64,000 nucleotides of DNA from Paragordius varius (taxonomy: Eukaryota; Animalia; Nematomorpha). The notes under the pieces were generated by a model that ran no database searches, was not told the DNA's origin, and worked only from the letters and a program-made list of their open reading frames with translations. Positions within the stretch are counted from its first letter, which is position 1, and each line of letters opens with the position of its first letter. The stretch is taken from NCBI GenBank assembly GCA_964247055.1, contig OZ176053.1:1116001-1180000 (forward strand). Reading direction: 5' to 3'. Of this stretch, positions 38,601 through 53,185 are shown piece after piece. The translations under genes were made by a program, and so were the position numbers.

Positions 38601-41600
38601 TTGTCCAGAAAAACCGTTTCAGAATCACTGTGCATTTCAACACAAGTTGATAAAGTTGAATAGTTTCGGGTGAAAGTTTCCAAAATAGTTTTCAAAGATG
38701 TGTGTAATGTTTCAAACGAAAATAATTCATGGATCCGATCAGTGCAATCATGGTTTGCTGCTGAATTGATTAAAATTCCTAGATTTTTGGTTACAATGAA
38801 AATATCGGCGAATGTTGAAATATTTTGACATGCTCCACAAATAATTATGGGTATTAAACTGGCCCATGAATTAGCATTAGGAATAAAATTATTTCCAACA
38901 TTTAAAGTTTTTAGTTCAACATTTTTTTGTTTTTCTAAACTCGACAAGTTTTTTTTCGTTTGATTGGTAAAGGTTAGTTGTAATTGTGTTGTGTTGGACT
39001 CATTAAAAGATTTAATTTGAGGTTCTGATACTGCTGATTGCAGAATGTATTCATCACAATTTTCGCGTGCTAAATTGATTACATGATATAACTATGTAAT
39101 TATTTATAGATAAAAAATTAAATAGAAATTAGAAAAAATGGCATGGTTCTGTCTTCTGTTTAAAGTGCATGCAATCTTTTCTTTCATAATCAAGGGATAA
39201 TGGTTGGTGGAGGACAGATATTAAAAAAAACAATATTTAATTATATAATTAATGAAATTTTTGCGTTATAGCAATAGCAGTAATAATAAAATTGATAATT
39301 AATTTGCAATCTCAAAATTTTATTTACGCATATATGTTTGTAAAAAAATTTTGGTTAATAATTATTTTGTCATTTTTTGCGACACAATAAAAGTAAAAAT
39401 AAGGGTGCACACACAGTTTCAAAGGTATAAACATGATTACACGTCAGAGAATTTTAGCAGAAGAATTAGTTATATATCAAGGTTCTGTAAGGATAAAATA
39501 AATGTTTTTTGGGGACAGGTGTAAATTCTTAGCTTAATTTCTTTTACCATTTCGTTTCATGCAAAAAAAACATTCACTTTTTTATTTTAGTTTGTAGTTT
39601 TATTTTTTCGTATTAATTACCATCAACTTATATTTCTGTGTGTTACTCGTTGCTCTTCTTAATGAAAATCATTATTATAATAATTATTTCATGCGATAAT
39701 ATAAATTTGTTTTACTTTATTATTATATAATTTTGATGCGGATTGATAATCATTATTAAATAATTGCTTTGTTTACCATTTAATATTAAAATAATGATTA
39801 TTGTAATAATTATTGGAAATATCTTTCTTTAAAATAAACACAGTCTATCATCTTTAATTTGTTGGTTTTGTTAGCAAAGTTTATTATTAATCTCAATTCA
39901 TATTTTCGTTTAGTCTTAGTATCGACGTACTAGTTAGACCATTTCCATACCTTAGTTTTACCACTCAATATTTTATAAGTAATAAATGTTATGGTTTATA
40001 GTTTTTTTAATAAAGTTCTCAGTCGGCTCTTAAAATATCTGAGGTTGGGTTTTTTTCGAGAGGCGAGATTTAAAAAAATCGAAATTTTATAAGGCCTTAT
40101 TTTAAAATTATTTGCAACTTAAGATACACCGCCAAATATCTTAACCGATAACTAATTTAACAATAAAAAATATTTAAAATGCAATATTATCATTTTTTCG
40201 CTTATTGAAAGAAGCCATATCCTGTTCGCTAAACATAATAAAAAGGGAATATACAATTTGTAATTAATAATGATGGTAATCAACAACAACATAAGCTTGC
40301 TTGCTTAAAAATCTATGAAATTCCCAAGTATTGCAATTAATTACATACATTAATTTCATTTCCCTATATCGTCCCCGTCCTTCCTTGCACACAAAATAAA
40401 TTAAATTAAAATTATTATTGCTATTACTAATGAATGTGTTGTTTATGCTTTTCTTTTTAGTGGACAAAATTAAAAGAGTGCAGGCACAATGCAATGCTAT
40501 GCAATTCTCTGCAATGGTATGCGTGTCTAATTAGCTCATTTTTAGTTTTTAACAGGCAAAAAGGATTCTTTTATAGATATATGTATTCTCCCTTAATGGA
40601 TTTTATTATTGTGATTATTTATAATGAAAATATATTTATTATTAATTGCTTATATTATGTGGTGTCTTTCCAGTTTTAGGAATACTATCGTTATAAAATA
40701 TCTTTTTAATGTAGGGATTTTGGTCCAAATTAATATGTTAAATTTAGTTTGGATAATTGATTAATTGTGCGCACCCTTTGAATCTTTTACAAATAAATAT
40801 GATAAAATTAATTTTTACTCTCCTAAGAGTTTTAGAAGTCACCAATTACTAATATAAAAATTTTGTTTTTCAAATCATCATTTCTGATCATGTATAACCA
40901 CCCCCCCCTTGCATGCGAATGATATAATTGTTGTGAAAAATTGCGGCCTTTAAAACTACTTGACCCTTTTCTTTTCTAGTAAATAATTAATATTCTAAAA
41001 AATCTTTAAATTTTTAAATTGTAACAATTTTTTTTGATTTTTATCAAAATTATTTACATCTAACCTATTTCACATGTGTAGCATGCACTCATTGACTGTA
41101 ACGTGAAGTGTTTTCAAATCAGTAAAAACATAATAAAATAAAGAATTACTATAAATAATATTTGATTCAATAAAACCTATCGTTTTGGATTAATATAAAT
41201 ATAAATAAGGGAGACAGATGTGAGTTGGTCACACAGTTAATATTTCAAAATTAATTCATTTATGATAACTATACACAATATCAAGGATCAAAAAATTGGT
41301 AATTCTAATAAAAAATATTAGCCCTTACTTTTAATTTTATTTTATGCATTAAAAATATATATATTATACCAGAGTTTTCATGTATGTGCTTCACCAATTC
41401 CTGAATCAATTGAATGTTTTCCAAATCACATTTTCCGTCTAAAAAGTTGTTGTTAAAATAATTTATTAATTTAAATTTATGCCTCCAGTAAATATTAAGT
41501 CGGTAACTTATAAAGACCACCGCAAATGGCTTAAATAAAAATTAAAATTTTGTCCTGATTGTAGTGTAGTATGTTTAATTATCTTTGCATTGCGTGATTA

Positions 41601-44600
41601 ATTTATAAAATTGTTTTTTTCCATTGGATTTGTAATTAATATTACAAGCGCAATGTTTAAATAGCTGAATTTTTGTAATATGGTTGGAAACAATTTCCTG
41701 ATGTACATATTTTTATATAATATTTAAAGCTAAGATTTAAAAATCCAAAAGAGATTTCACGCATAAAATTATTCAATGCTATCATTATTAACGCTAATTT
41801 ATATGCCCACATCCTGACCCTACGAATAAAGTGCAATATGCTAATAATTTTATGGGTGCTTAAAAAAGCTCATTGTAAAATAAGTTAAACCTATATTAGC
41901 GGTTCTTTATTTCAATTTTAGCATAACGGGAAAACATACATTTATACCTTTACCGTCTTATCAATTATATACAATATCATAGAAATGGAAACCGAGCTTA
42001 ATATGATAAAACTACCAGAAGCATTTGACTATAAAATAAAAATTTTATCTATAAGAAGACTTATGATAATAATCCAAAATATAACTATTTGTTAAACACA
42101 AATGCCAAAAAGATTAGTTAAAAATTTTTGCATCTATCAAAAGTGTAAATTCAGTTTTCGATAAATTTTGTCCGAAACTAAAGTGTTATAAAAGATTTAA
42201 TAGATTTCTCCAACACTTTAAAATATTAATTTATAAAAATTTATATTTATTTAGGAAAATCAGTTAAATTTCTCACAAAAACGGAATCTTAATTTCTGCC
42301 TACCTGAATATTTTCAAAATTATTAAACTTTATTTCACCAACACAAAGACAATTATAAAATTTATGGCAAAAGAGCTTTCGAATTCGCTTAGACCACAGA
42401 ACATAGCAGAACAGAAGAGCTAAGAAATGAAATATTAATTAAAGTTTAATTGTTTTTGGCACCTTTTCACCATTTTAATTACACCTGTGCTCGCTTGCTT
42501 GCTTAACTTACCTTAAGTGGACTTGCCTTAGATTTATATTTAGCAAATTTTAAGGTTTTAGAATTTAGAGTGTAACTTGCAATTAATTTTTTTTCTACAA
42601 CCATTAATTATTTTAATTAACAACAATTAAAAACTGTTTAAGGTGCATTTGTTAATGCAAAGAAAATATGGATATTTCAAATTTATTTATATTTTCATGA
42701 CAATATTATAATATTATTTTGAAAAGGCTTTTATAAACTTATTGAAGAAGTCAAAGTATTTTTAGATATAATAGGTGATTTGCAAACTTTTCGAAAACTA
42801 TTTGGACTTAAAAATGTAATGGACAACTGGTTGATTGGTTAAATTGCGAAAATATTTTATGGTTATTTTTATTTTTAAAATAATTTAATGAAGCCAAATT
42901 AATCTGAAATAATAAAATTATGGAATTGAAACTTTAAATTTAACGATAATTTTTCCTGTTCCTTTGTTAAAATTATAAAAAAAATCTCTAAAACTTAATA
43001 ACTTGAAAAAATAATCATCATAAAAAATATTTTATGGATTCACGCGAGAATCCAAATTTTTATTGTTAAATTTATCCCAAAAAATTGTTTCAACACAACT
43101 AAATTGTTGCCATTAAAACGGAACTCATTGTTGGTTTAGGGTCTGAACTGGAATTTTTTTAGAATATTAATAACCGGTTTAATATTCGATGATCGATTAC
43201 TAATTATTAGAAAATATTTTGCCCGATTTTATGAAATTTGATAATTTAATAATTAGAATTTAAAAGTGTGTCTAATTACATTTTTTTAATTTTCTACTTT
43301 TAAATAAATTACTTTTACAAATTAAAAATAAATCCTTTTTTTGCAACAATCGAACAATCAAATGTAGTTTGTAATTGTTGTCACAAATAAAATCAATTAA
43401 TTTATATGATGGGATGGCTTTAATATTATTACTTAACATTATTAATATAATTCATTAATTTTGATTAAAAAAAAGTTAAAATATAAATATATATATGAAA
43501 ATAAACTAGAAAAACCAATCTGAAAAACAAAAAAATTAATCCATTATATTGGCCATTTTGTATTTTGGTGTCTCTTCTGTCCTCTGAATTGTCGCAAAAA
43601 ATGCAAACAATTAATTTTTTAAAGTCGTTACCAATACTATTTATTAAGCTTTTAGTTAACTAACTATTTCTAGTTTTTTTTTGGAAAAAAAACGAAAGTG
43701 AAAGGATTATCGGTTTAAATTAAAATTTAGAGCGGAGACGAAAGCGAATTTAATTAAGTTGATTGTTTTGGTGTTGTAGCAAATTGTATTAAAGTTTGAG
43801 AATAACTTTATTCATTCTTTAGTATATTAAATAATTTTATGGAAAAAAAATTCTTCATATATATAAGATGCTGAGATTGGTTGAGTGTTTATAAAATTTT
43901 CCATATTCATTCAATTTTTTGGGTTAGATTAGTGTAAATAATCAGAATGTTGGAACATATTTGTTTTTATGTGGATTTTATTATAACTAACGACAATGGA
44001 TGCAAAATATTAAATTTTATGCTTTCTACTTTATTTGAGCAACCTTAATACGCTCTTTTTATGAGTAAACCCAAATCTTGGAGAGCTGACCATCGATATG
44101 GTATCAATAAAGATACCATAATATAGGCTCAAGGTTATTTTGATATTACTAAATGGGTTTATTTGGTTCATCAACATGTCAAATATTTTTTGTGATAATC
44201 AAACAAATGACGAAGGACATATTCTCTGTAGTCAGTTAGATTGTTTTCAGTTGAAATTGGTCGGGCTCTGGTTTATAAGGCCAAGTGTGAGTTTTTTGTT
44301 TAAACTAAACATTATTAAGTCAATATTTTTATGAATACGCACACACTGGCAAAGAATGATCAAAACATGTTTTTATAAATAGATATTTGGCCATCGCCAA
44401 AATTTGCGTTTTTGAAGGTCCATTTAATATTTCATCATTTAATGGCAACAATTACAATTTCGGGGATATTATTGCATAAATTAATGTATTTTTTTTACAG
44501 CTTTTTCAGATTTCCAGCCAGACTCATAATTTAATCATAAAGGAAGTATTTTAAGAAATAAGAAAAAACAACCCTAAATATTGCATTAACTTTGTACCCA

Positions 44601-47600
44601 AAATATGTTAATATTCCCATTTCCCAAAATATGAATGAAAGTGTGCACAAAAATGTTTTTAGTTTCTGAATTAATTATGATTTGATTTTTAATTTGTGCA
44701 ATATTCCATACCATACTAAGCCTTATCTTTTGACAAAAAATAAATATTAATCCAAGTATATGGAAACATGTCACTTTAACTCCCAAAATATATTTTAATT
44801 TATATTACGATTTTAAAACCTTCACTACAAACCATGCATTCATGTCCTGCGATAAAAAATGGGGTAATTACCGAATGAAAAATTGTAATAAAAATGGAAA
44901 AATTCATAATTAAAATAAAGGGATGTTACAACAATGTTATGGTTTGGAAATTATAACTAAAGTATCGTTAAACAAAATAGAGCATATAATCTAAAGATTT
45001 AAGGCGTGAAAAAGTTTGATTCGAAATGGATAAAAATTAAATATTATTTATATAGAAGCTTAATTTAAAAATAGATTTTGTTCAACGTTAGTTTGGGCTT
45101 GTTAACTACCCTAAAATTAAAAAAACATATATAATACCCATAGAACAATCTAAGGATTCCCGAGGCTCTACTGTTTCCAAAAGATCTCCAAAATGTTTTT
45201 CAAGATTATCGGTTTGAGTGAAACAAAGCAAGCATATAAAACTTGGGGATTTAGCTGTATGAGTAATTTTTAGTTTTTCAGTCAGCTTTGTGGTAGATAT
45301 GTTTGCGATTATTTTTTGTACAAATTTCATCAACAAATAATTTAAGTGATAACTTTGTGTACTTTCTGTGTCTTTAATCGTGTTTTGAGGGTATTGACCA
45401 TTCTAATTAAACGAGTAAATCAATATTTATTCACAACTAACGCTAAACAGTTTGAATTAGTTTGGTTTACGATATGATTTCCAAAAAAAGTTAAATAATA
45501 CCTTTTGCCCCTTAATATTAAAACATTTAAACATTTTATCCAATAATTATAACACACACTTAATGACATTCAAGGCAAGCTGAATGATCATGGCATACCT
45601 TTTAATAGCTAAAAATTATAATATTCCTTCATAAACTAATTTTTCCATTAAAAACTAAACTTTTACTTGTTTTATGAGTTGAGTATTTGTTGAATCTAGC
45701 TTAGCCACCATAGATTTAGTTGAATAACTAAATGAGTGATCTTTATTGCGCTTATCTTTTGCCATTAACTCGGTTTGTTCGGAATGAGAGGTTTGATTTG
45801 CAATCGATTTTGGCGAGCTTTTATCCTCGTCGTTGGGGGAAAGTGTGGTTTGACACGAAAGCGAAGACGTCGAAGAGCCTGAATATAATGGATCGCTTTC
45901 AGAATTGTTGGTTACAGGAGTTTTATTAATTTTATTGGTTGGAGTGATATTTAAACTATTATTTTTATCCAAATTGGTTGGATTACTAGCAACTTTGCTA
46001 TCACTTCCGCCATTAAGAAGATTGAGTTCGTGAACATTGTTGGCATGTTTGTCGCTTTGCATGTGAATACTCAAATTGCCTTTCGTCGTTGTGCTGTAAT
46101 TGCAAATTTGACATTTGTAGGGTTTGTAACCACAAACGTAATTCTCGCCCCGTGCTAATCGGGGATGCGCTTCGCCATTCAAACAAAACGTGCAAGTGGA
46201 CGCAGCCTTGGCATCAGAACCATTCAGCGGATGTTTTTCCTTCATATGGATTTCGAGTGTTTCCTTGTACTTGTAATGCCAATTGCATTTGGGACATTTA
46301 AGCGTTTTACAGGAGTTTCGGGAATGCATCATAGTCATGTGTCCTCCCAGCGATCGCGAGGACCCAAGAACTAAATCACATTTGGGACATTCAACTGAAC
46401 CATTGGCAGAAGCCAGATTGATAGAATCAATGCAAGTCTTTGAATTTGGTGTCACCTCAACATTTGAAGAATTAACGCAAGATTTGGGTGAGGCAGCCAT
46501 ACCAATATTCTTAGACAACTTACTGGATGAAAGTGTCAAATCTAAAGCGGAATGTTCGCTTTGTCCATTTTCTACTGAAGAAGATAAGGGCAAGCTTCGT
46601 GGTTTGCAATTTCGTTTGGTCAGCGTTTTCGATTTCTTTCCCACTTTAACCTTACGCATTTTCATATTGTTATTGATATTACCATTATATATGTGATTGA
46701 TTAAACATGACTTAGAATCATTTTGAATGGTTTCACTCATACTGTCCCTTTCATTATCTGATGCCGTAGAATTGAGCTCATTTGCCTCTTCGGTAGAGTC
46801 CGAGTTTTCTCGTTTAATTTCTGGCAAAAATATTTGGGTAGCAGAATCTGAATTCTGATTATGGTTGTAAGTTGAATGATCGGAGCCAATGAAAGAGGAT
46901 TGAAACCATGAATACATTTTGGACATGGCAAACGGATCTTGAAACAGTGTTTGAAAGTACGGATAATTAGCGGTTAAATATTTAATCAGTTCCATATGGG
47001 GATGTGACAGGTTTGAGGACATACAATTTGATTTAATACTTGTTTCTTTCAAAAACTCAGCCATATTTGCAGAGGTTGGAGTAAATCCGTTAAAATGTGC
47101 AAATTCATTATTAACTTTTTTTAAAGGGTTAGTATCGCTGAGATTTTTGAAACCGTCAGGTGTAATTTTATCAGCATCTATACTTTGTTCCATATTATTT
47201 GAAGAGTAAAAATTTTTATAATAATTATCATTATGGTTAATTGGTTCTTTAAGTTTTTTAATAACACTCCTTTTTAAAACACTGCTCGTAGTATTTACAT
47301 CATCATCATTATTATTAATTGTTTTGTTTATGCTGATGTCGGTGTCATTGTTTGGCCTACTGAGCTCTGATTTAATATCTAAACTTTGGCGAAACTCCTT
47401 TGTACTGCCATAATTGGTTTGCGACAACTCATCAAAATTAGGGCGGTTACCATGCGTATCGTAATTGAATTTATAAGATAAGCCTTTCTTCGCAAGAGGA
47501 GAGGTCTCATTACTTTTTTCGAATGAGGTTTCAGGAAATTCCACAATTTTTTTGGCAAACGTGGTAATTAACAGTGCCGAAAATGGTTTTAAGGTGTTAT

Positions 47601-49053
47601 CGCCCAAATCTGTTTTTTGTTGACGACCGTCAACGAAAAATATGAAAATTTGATCCGATACATTAGATATTGTGTCTAGCTCCTTTTTTATATCAGTCCA
47701 AATTCCGTGCAATATGGGATCAAAATCTGAATCGTATTTTGAATTACTTCCATTTATATTGAAATTTTTGACTTCTGGAGATTTGTGATTCAACAAATTG
47801 TTGTGGGGACGATAGAAGTTTTTTTGGTACAACAACGCTTCAACATTATTTTTGTCTGGTGAACATTTGTTTGTTGTATTGTTCTCACTTGTGTGATAAA
47901 TTTCATATAAACTATTATCATTATTACAACTAATATTAATTTTGTCAAAATGTAACTTTAAATGTTGGCTTAATTGGATTGGAATATCAGCATTAAACTT
48001 ATTATTAATTGTTGGATTAGGGGAGCAATGGACATCAAACAGTTGAAAACCGATTTTACAAAACGTACAATAAAAATAGAGCGAAATATTTTTCAATTTT
48101 TTTGGTTCAAAATGGTTGTCGCTTTTTGCGACATTTACACACTTTTTATTATCGTTTCGATTCCGTTGTAACACATTTTTTGTTTTAACATTCAGAAATT
48201 TATCCAAAATCAATTGAGAAGTATCTAAACTATATGACCGCAATACTGATTTTTGATATTCAATATTATTTGTTTCATATCGTATAATAATCTCATGGGC
48301 AATGTTAAAACATGCAAATATGTTGATTGGCTTGCATGTTTCCGTTTTTGGAAAAGTTTCAAATACTTCAGTCCCTGTAAGTGATAACTCTTCTGTGGAA
48401 TCAATGTTTAGTTTTGACCAATGACATGGAATCAATATACTTGATGGTGTTAAATGATTAGAGGTGGTTGTTGTTTGATTCAAAATATCTGACCAATCTA
48501 GTTGTTTTACAAAATGGGATTGTAGCTTTGGAATGAATAATAATAAGCTATCAGATAAGATTAATATGGAATGGTGCTGATGGGAATATGTTTCAATATC
48601 AACATGGGTTTCATCAGCGTTGTTGTTTTCTATCACAGAATCGAGTTTGGACTCCGCTAAGCCCAAAACGGTTAAATGTAAAGGTTTGTGTAAAATATTC
48701 ATTTCTATAGCTTCATTCATACCATTGTGTTGAGAATCAGTGTTTTCATTAATTGTTGTTTTGGGTAGTAAATTAAGTATTATCGCCGTAGTTTTTTCAG
48801 GTAGATGATGGCATAATTGTTTATCAGATATGATATTATGAGGGTCATTTAAATGTAATTTTTCGTATTTGGTTTTATCATTATTGTGACATTTGTCAAG
48901 CTTATTGCATGAATTAATTGTCGTAAAGTTAACCGCGTTTCGTTGATCACAACCAAATTTGTCGTTCAAATCTGTCGGTTTATTGATAGAAATATATGGG
49001 ATAGTATTACAATTAAAACGGGGAACTAAAACATTTGAATTACATGATGACAT
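26302..49053 (-). CDS. zfh2: Zinc finger homeobox protein zfh2 / ZFHX3-4 orthologue, ~3,700 aa; exons 49053-45667, 45402-45138, 41438-41370, 39069-38566, 35654-35050, 34743-34646, 34317-34185, 33224-32579, 32477-27534, 27432-27257, 26574-26302
   Basis: Diagnostic motifs: [77 protein letters not shown] and [27 protein letters not shown]. Four homeodomains: [40 protein letters not shown] and [11 protein letters not shown] (the last split by a phase-1 intron). All junctions are GT-AG and frame-compatible (11,100 nt in total). Small extra exons could have been missed. Confidence 0.95.
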
Positions 49054-51548
49054 GGTAAATATAAATAAGATATTTTTAGCTTTAAAAAAGATTTTAACTC
49101 ATATAAATAAGAAGGGAATCTTATAAATTTAAAGCAAATAGTAATATTGATCTCTGGACTCTAAACTAAAATTAACCCACAAAAATTAAAACAACACAAC
49201 CAACATTTGTAATTGATGTTTGAAATTTTTTGTCAAAAACAATTTGATTGAAAAAAATAGGTCTAAAAAGTAAATATTATTGATCATAAAGTTAATTTAA
49301 TAATATATATTGATGGACAGAAGACGACATCGTTTAACTTTAAATAAATAAATAAGTTAGTAATATTATGTAATATTTTATGTAATATATTATAACTAAC
49401 TGTTTTATAATATCTTTTGTGACAATTAATAATGCGACTTTGACCTTTTTATGTATGTATTATTTCTGATTTTTTTTTATAAAATTAAAAAAAAGCTTTC
49501 ATTTTCACAAAAAATTAGTTTATTTTTCTTTACTTTCTCTGCCAGGGAATAAATTTTTTCTTTAAAAGCTAACGTTGTTTTTATAAAATTAATTTTTATT
49601 TTATCAAATTAAAATTTTTTTTTTGAGTTTAAAATTAATTCAAGTACAAAGACAGGGATTTCTATTCTATTCTATTCTACTCAAATAACCAACTAGTGGT
49701 TTTATTTAAAGGGAAAGGTTAAATAAGATGGACTTTAGCTTTTAAATATTATATAATTGATGTATTAAAATACATGAAGACGAATACAATAGATAATAAA
49801 AGTATTTCTCTCATAAATTAAAAAAAACTAAATTACTGTTAATTGTAATAACAGAGAAAAGGGGGACTTTAAATATTTTAATATTAACATTTTTACCTTT
49901 TTAAAAGGTATTATATATCTATATATGTAATTAGCAAAGTTTAATATTATCAAAAATTAAATACTGTTAGTCCCTCCCTTCTTTATATATTGAAAAGTTT
50001 TATCCGCAGAGAAACGTTATATAAGATTATAGATCTATAATCATTATAATACTTTAGAATATATTTTAGGTTAAAAAATAAGTAAAAATAAATTTTCAAA
50101 CCTAATGTTCAGTCCTATTTCGTTTATAAAATTTAGTGTTTAAATATTTTTTCTCCATATTACAAAATCACCCTAAAATTTTTTAAATAAACCGTTAAGG
50201 AGTGTCAAATTGTATAGTGCGCGGTGATATTAATTGTTTTTTATTTGCTTTAATCATAATAATAATAATATGTTTTTTTGCCGACTAGCTTATGTCAATA
50301 AACACATCAATGCGCAAACCATATTAGAAGCTAAAATATTTCATTTTATAATTTTTATTTATTTGACTAAAAAAAATATTGTAATTTTTCGAATACCCAA
50401 GGATGTTTGTTCCCAATTAAAAATATGTTTTATTTTTTTTAAACAGCAATTAGAAACCGTAATATTATAATAAAAAAAAATTAGATAGTTTTAATATGAT
50501 TATGAGCCTAAAAACGAAATAGGATGTATAAAAATATGCGACACACAAATAAAGCCTATTACATATATAATATATAATATAACAGGTAATTTAACCTTAA
50601 CCCCTGACATTAATTATTTTTTAGAGAGGACAGAACAGGAGAGAATTAAACTTTTTTAACAAAGATATATTTTCAAAAAAAAAACGAAATTTTAATTGAA
50701 TACAAAATAAGGTTTCCATTTTTATAGGTCGGTCAAATTCATTAAGATTAATGCTTTTTTTTCGCCGTTTAAGGTTAAAAATTTAAATAATTTTAAATAT
50801 CATATACAATGGTAATACCTGATCTTTTTAAGTTTGCCACCCTTTTTAATTTAAGAAAATTTGGGCTAATTTATAAATGAGAGTATCCTTATAAAAATTA
50901 TTAGAGATAAAGGCAAATATTACAAATATAATAATTTTTAGATATATTTTTTTGTTGCACTCCAGGATATTTTTCTATAACTTATATATGGACAAAGTAG
51001 TCAAAAAAATATGTAATTATTGTCAAAAAATGTGTAATTATATCGGAAAAAAGATGTGTGTAATAATTAGACAATTAAAAGAATGATTTTACGTAAAAAA
51101 AGAGAATATGTTTGCCCATATATAATACTTTGTAATATTATTATTATATCAACACCTCCTGGAGGGCTTTGTCTGACTTATGACTTGTAATCTAAAGAAA
51201 CAATTAAATTTTAACGAAATCATAATAACCCTGACCAAAAAGTTAGTATCTTTAGTTTTCTTTATTAAGGACAAAAATATTTTTATTTAACGTCCTCCTT
51301 TAATTATTACCTTTTGACTTTTTTTTACAAATAATAATTAATTCATAAAAACAAGTTAGAGTTTGCTTTTAAATTCGTCCCCTTGTTTAGATTCGCAACA
51401 AAATATTTTTTTAGATAGACAAAATAGTACTAAAAAACAGTGGGGGTCTACAAATATAAAAATAAAATAATTAGTAACTTGGGATATTTACGAGCCAAAT
51501 TCTTTAAACAATTACCGGAAATATCAGAATTTTTTAGGATTTTTATAT

Positions 51549-51824
51549 ATAGTATAAAAATTTTTAAAATTATACGGGCAAAATATAAAGACAAAATTTT
51601 TATTACCTCAAAAGACAACCTCATAATTTCCTAAACCTTAATTTATTTTATTTATATAATTTAATCACAATCGTAAAATACATAATTGATTGTGTTTATT
51701 TCCAATATACATTTCTATTATATACTTAAGTTTAAAACAATCATTTATTTTATAATGAATTAAGATTTAAAATATTTATCTTTATATTAACAAGTTTTGT
51801 CCGTATACTTTCAACGTATATTGT
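51549..51824. mobile_element. MITE family copy 4
   Basis: TTATACGGGCAAAATATAAAGACAAAATT...AAAAGACAACC...AAACCTTAATTTATTTTA left arm; TTTTGTCCGTATA right arm. Confidence 0.65.
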
Positions 51825-53143
51825 ATTTTCCATGATCAACACCAAATGTCCATATAAATAATTTGTTTAATCACTTTTTTGTATGATATGGGAAAATCAC
51901 TTTGTAGTTTACTTTTTATTTTATTTTAAAGCGTTTTTTAATTAGTTTTGATCACGAGAACAGCAAAGCAACGTAATTCCACATAATTAGGTCTGATATT
52001 ATATAGTTAGATATATACATCAATAAATAATTATTCACAAAGGGAATAATTAAAAGAAAATTATTTTGAGTTAAAATAGCCAAGGAAACTCATTTTTGTG
52101 GTGTTTTATGATAACAAATTCCAGTTAGGAACTGCTGCGCACATATAAACCTTAACATCCAATTAATATATAATTAATTTATAATATTCACAAATATATA
52201 GTGCGTTTCGTGACAATATAATATAATTTAATTCTAATGGACAAATATCTGCATATTAATACAAATAAAGTAAAAAACGAAAAATCTAGAAGTTTAATTG
52301 CTAACTTAAAAACTTGGAATTTTAATTTCAATTCTATATAAATTTTGTTGGAAATATTATTATCGAAACTTTAAAAACTAAAACTAAGCCAACAATACGT
52401 AATTGATAAGTCCTATTACATGATAAATTAATGAATTGGAAAACTTTTAAGAGATAATTTTTTCTTTTCAAAAATTGAAACATACAAATTCTTTCATTTA
52501 AAATATAATTATTATCGTAAATTAAGACATTTTTTTTTAATTCAGATAAGAATCAAAACTCAGGGATTTGAAAAGGGAAAAAATCCGCAATTCTGTTCTC
52601 TTCTCATGAATATGCATTTATGCACCATCAATTGATAATTTCTAAATTAAATATATAATATAATCTGTCCAACATAAAATAAATGGTTCATTGTGAAATA
52701 TATATATATATATATATAATAAGGCTGATATAATTATAAAGATATTTATAACCAAAAGTACTATATAATATGAATATGAATATATTTCAATACGAAAATA
52801 ATGACTTAATTTTATCAGAATAAAAAAGCTCATTTGACATAAAATATGCACAGGGAATGATCCGAATTCTGTCCATTACAACTAATTCACTAGAGAAATA
52901 TTCATTATAAATCCTAATATTAATAAACCATCAAATTAATTATTATTTTTTAGTAAACATTTTTGAAATATAACTTTTATGCTTAAGTATTAATTGAAAA
53001 TTGGTGGTTATTTTATCGAAACTGCTATATTAAATTAGTAATATGGGATTTTCGTAAAACTTTGAAAACGAGTCTGATATACATAAGCCAAAATCAAGCA
53101 AGAGTATTTAATATCAATAATCATGATTATTATTTAATGAAAC

Positions 53144-53185
<42 letters not shown>

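Noticed and set aside
44041-44334. Plus-strand semi-open stretch in a zfh2 intron ([14 protein letters not shown]...)
   Set aside because: It has multiple stops and no identifiable family, and no frame-compatible minus-strand exon could be built.
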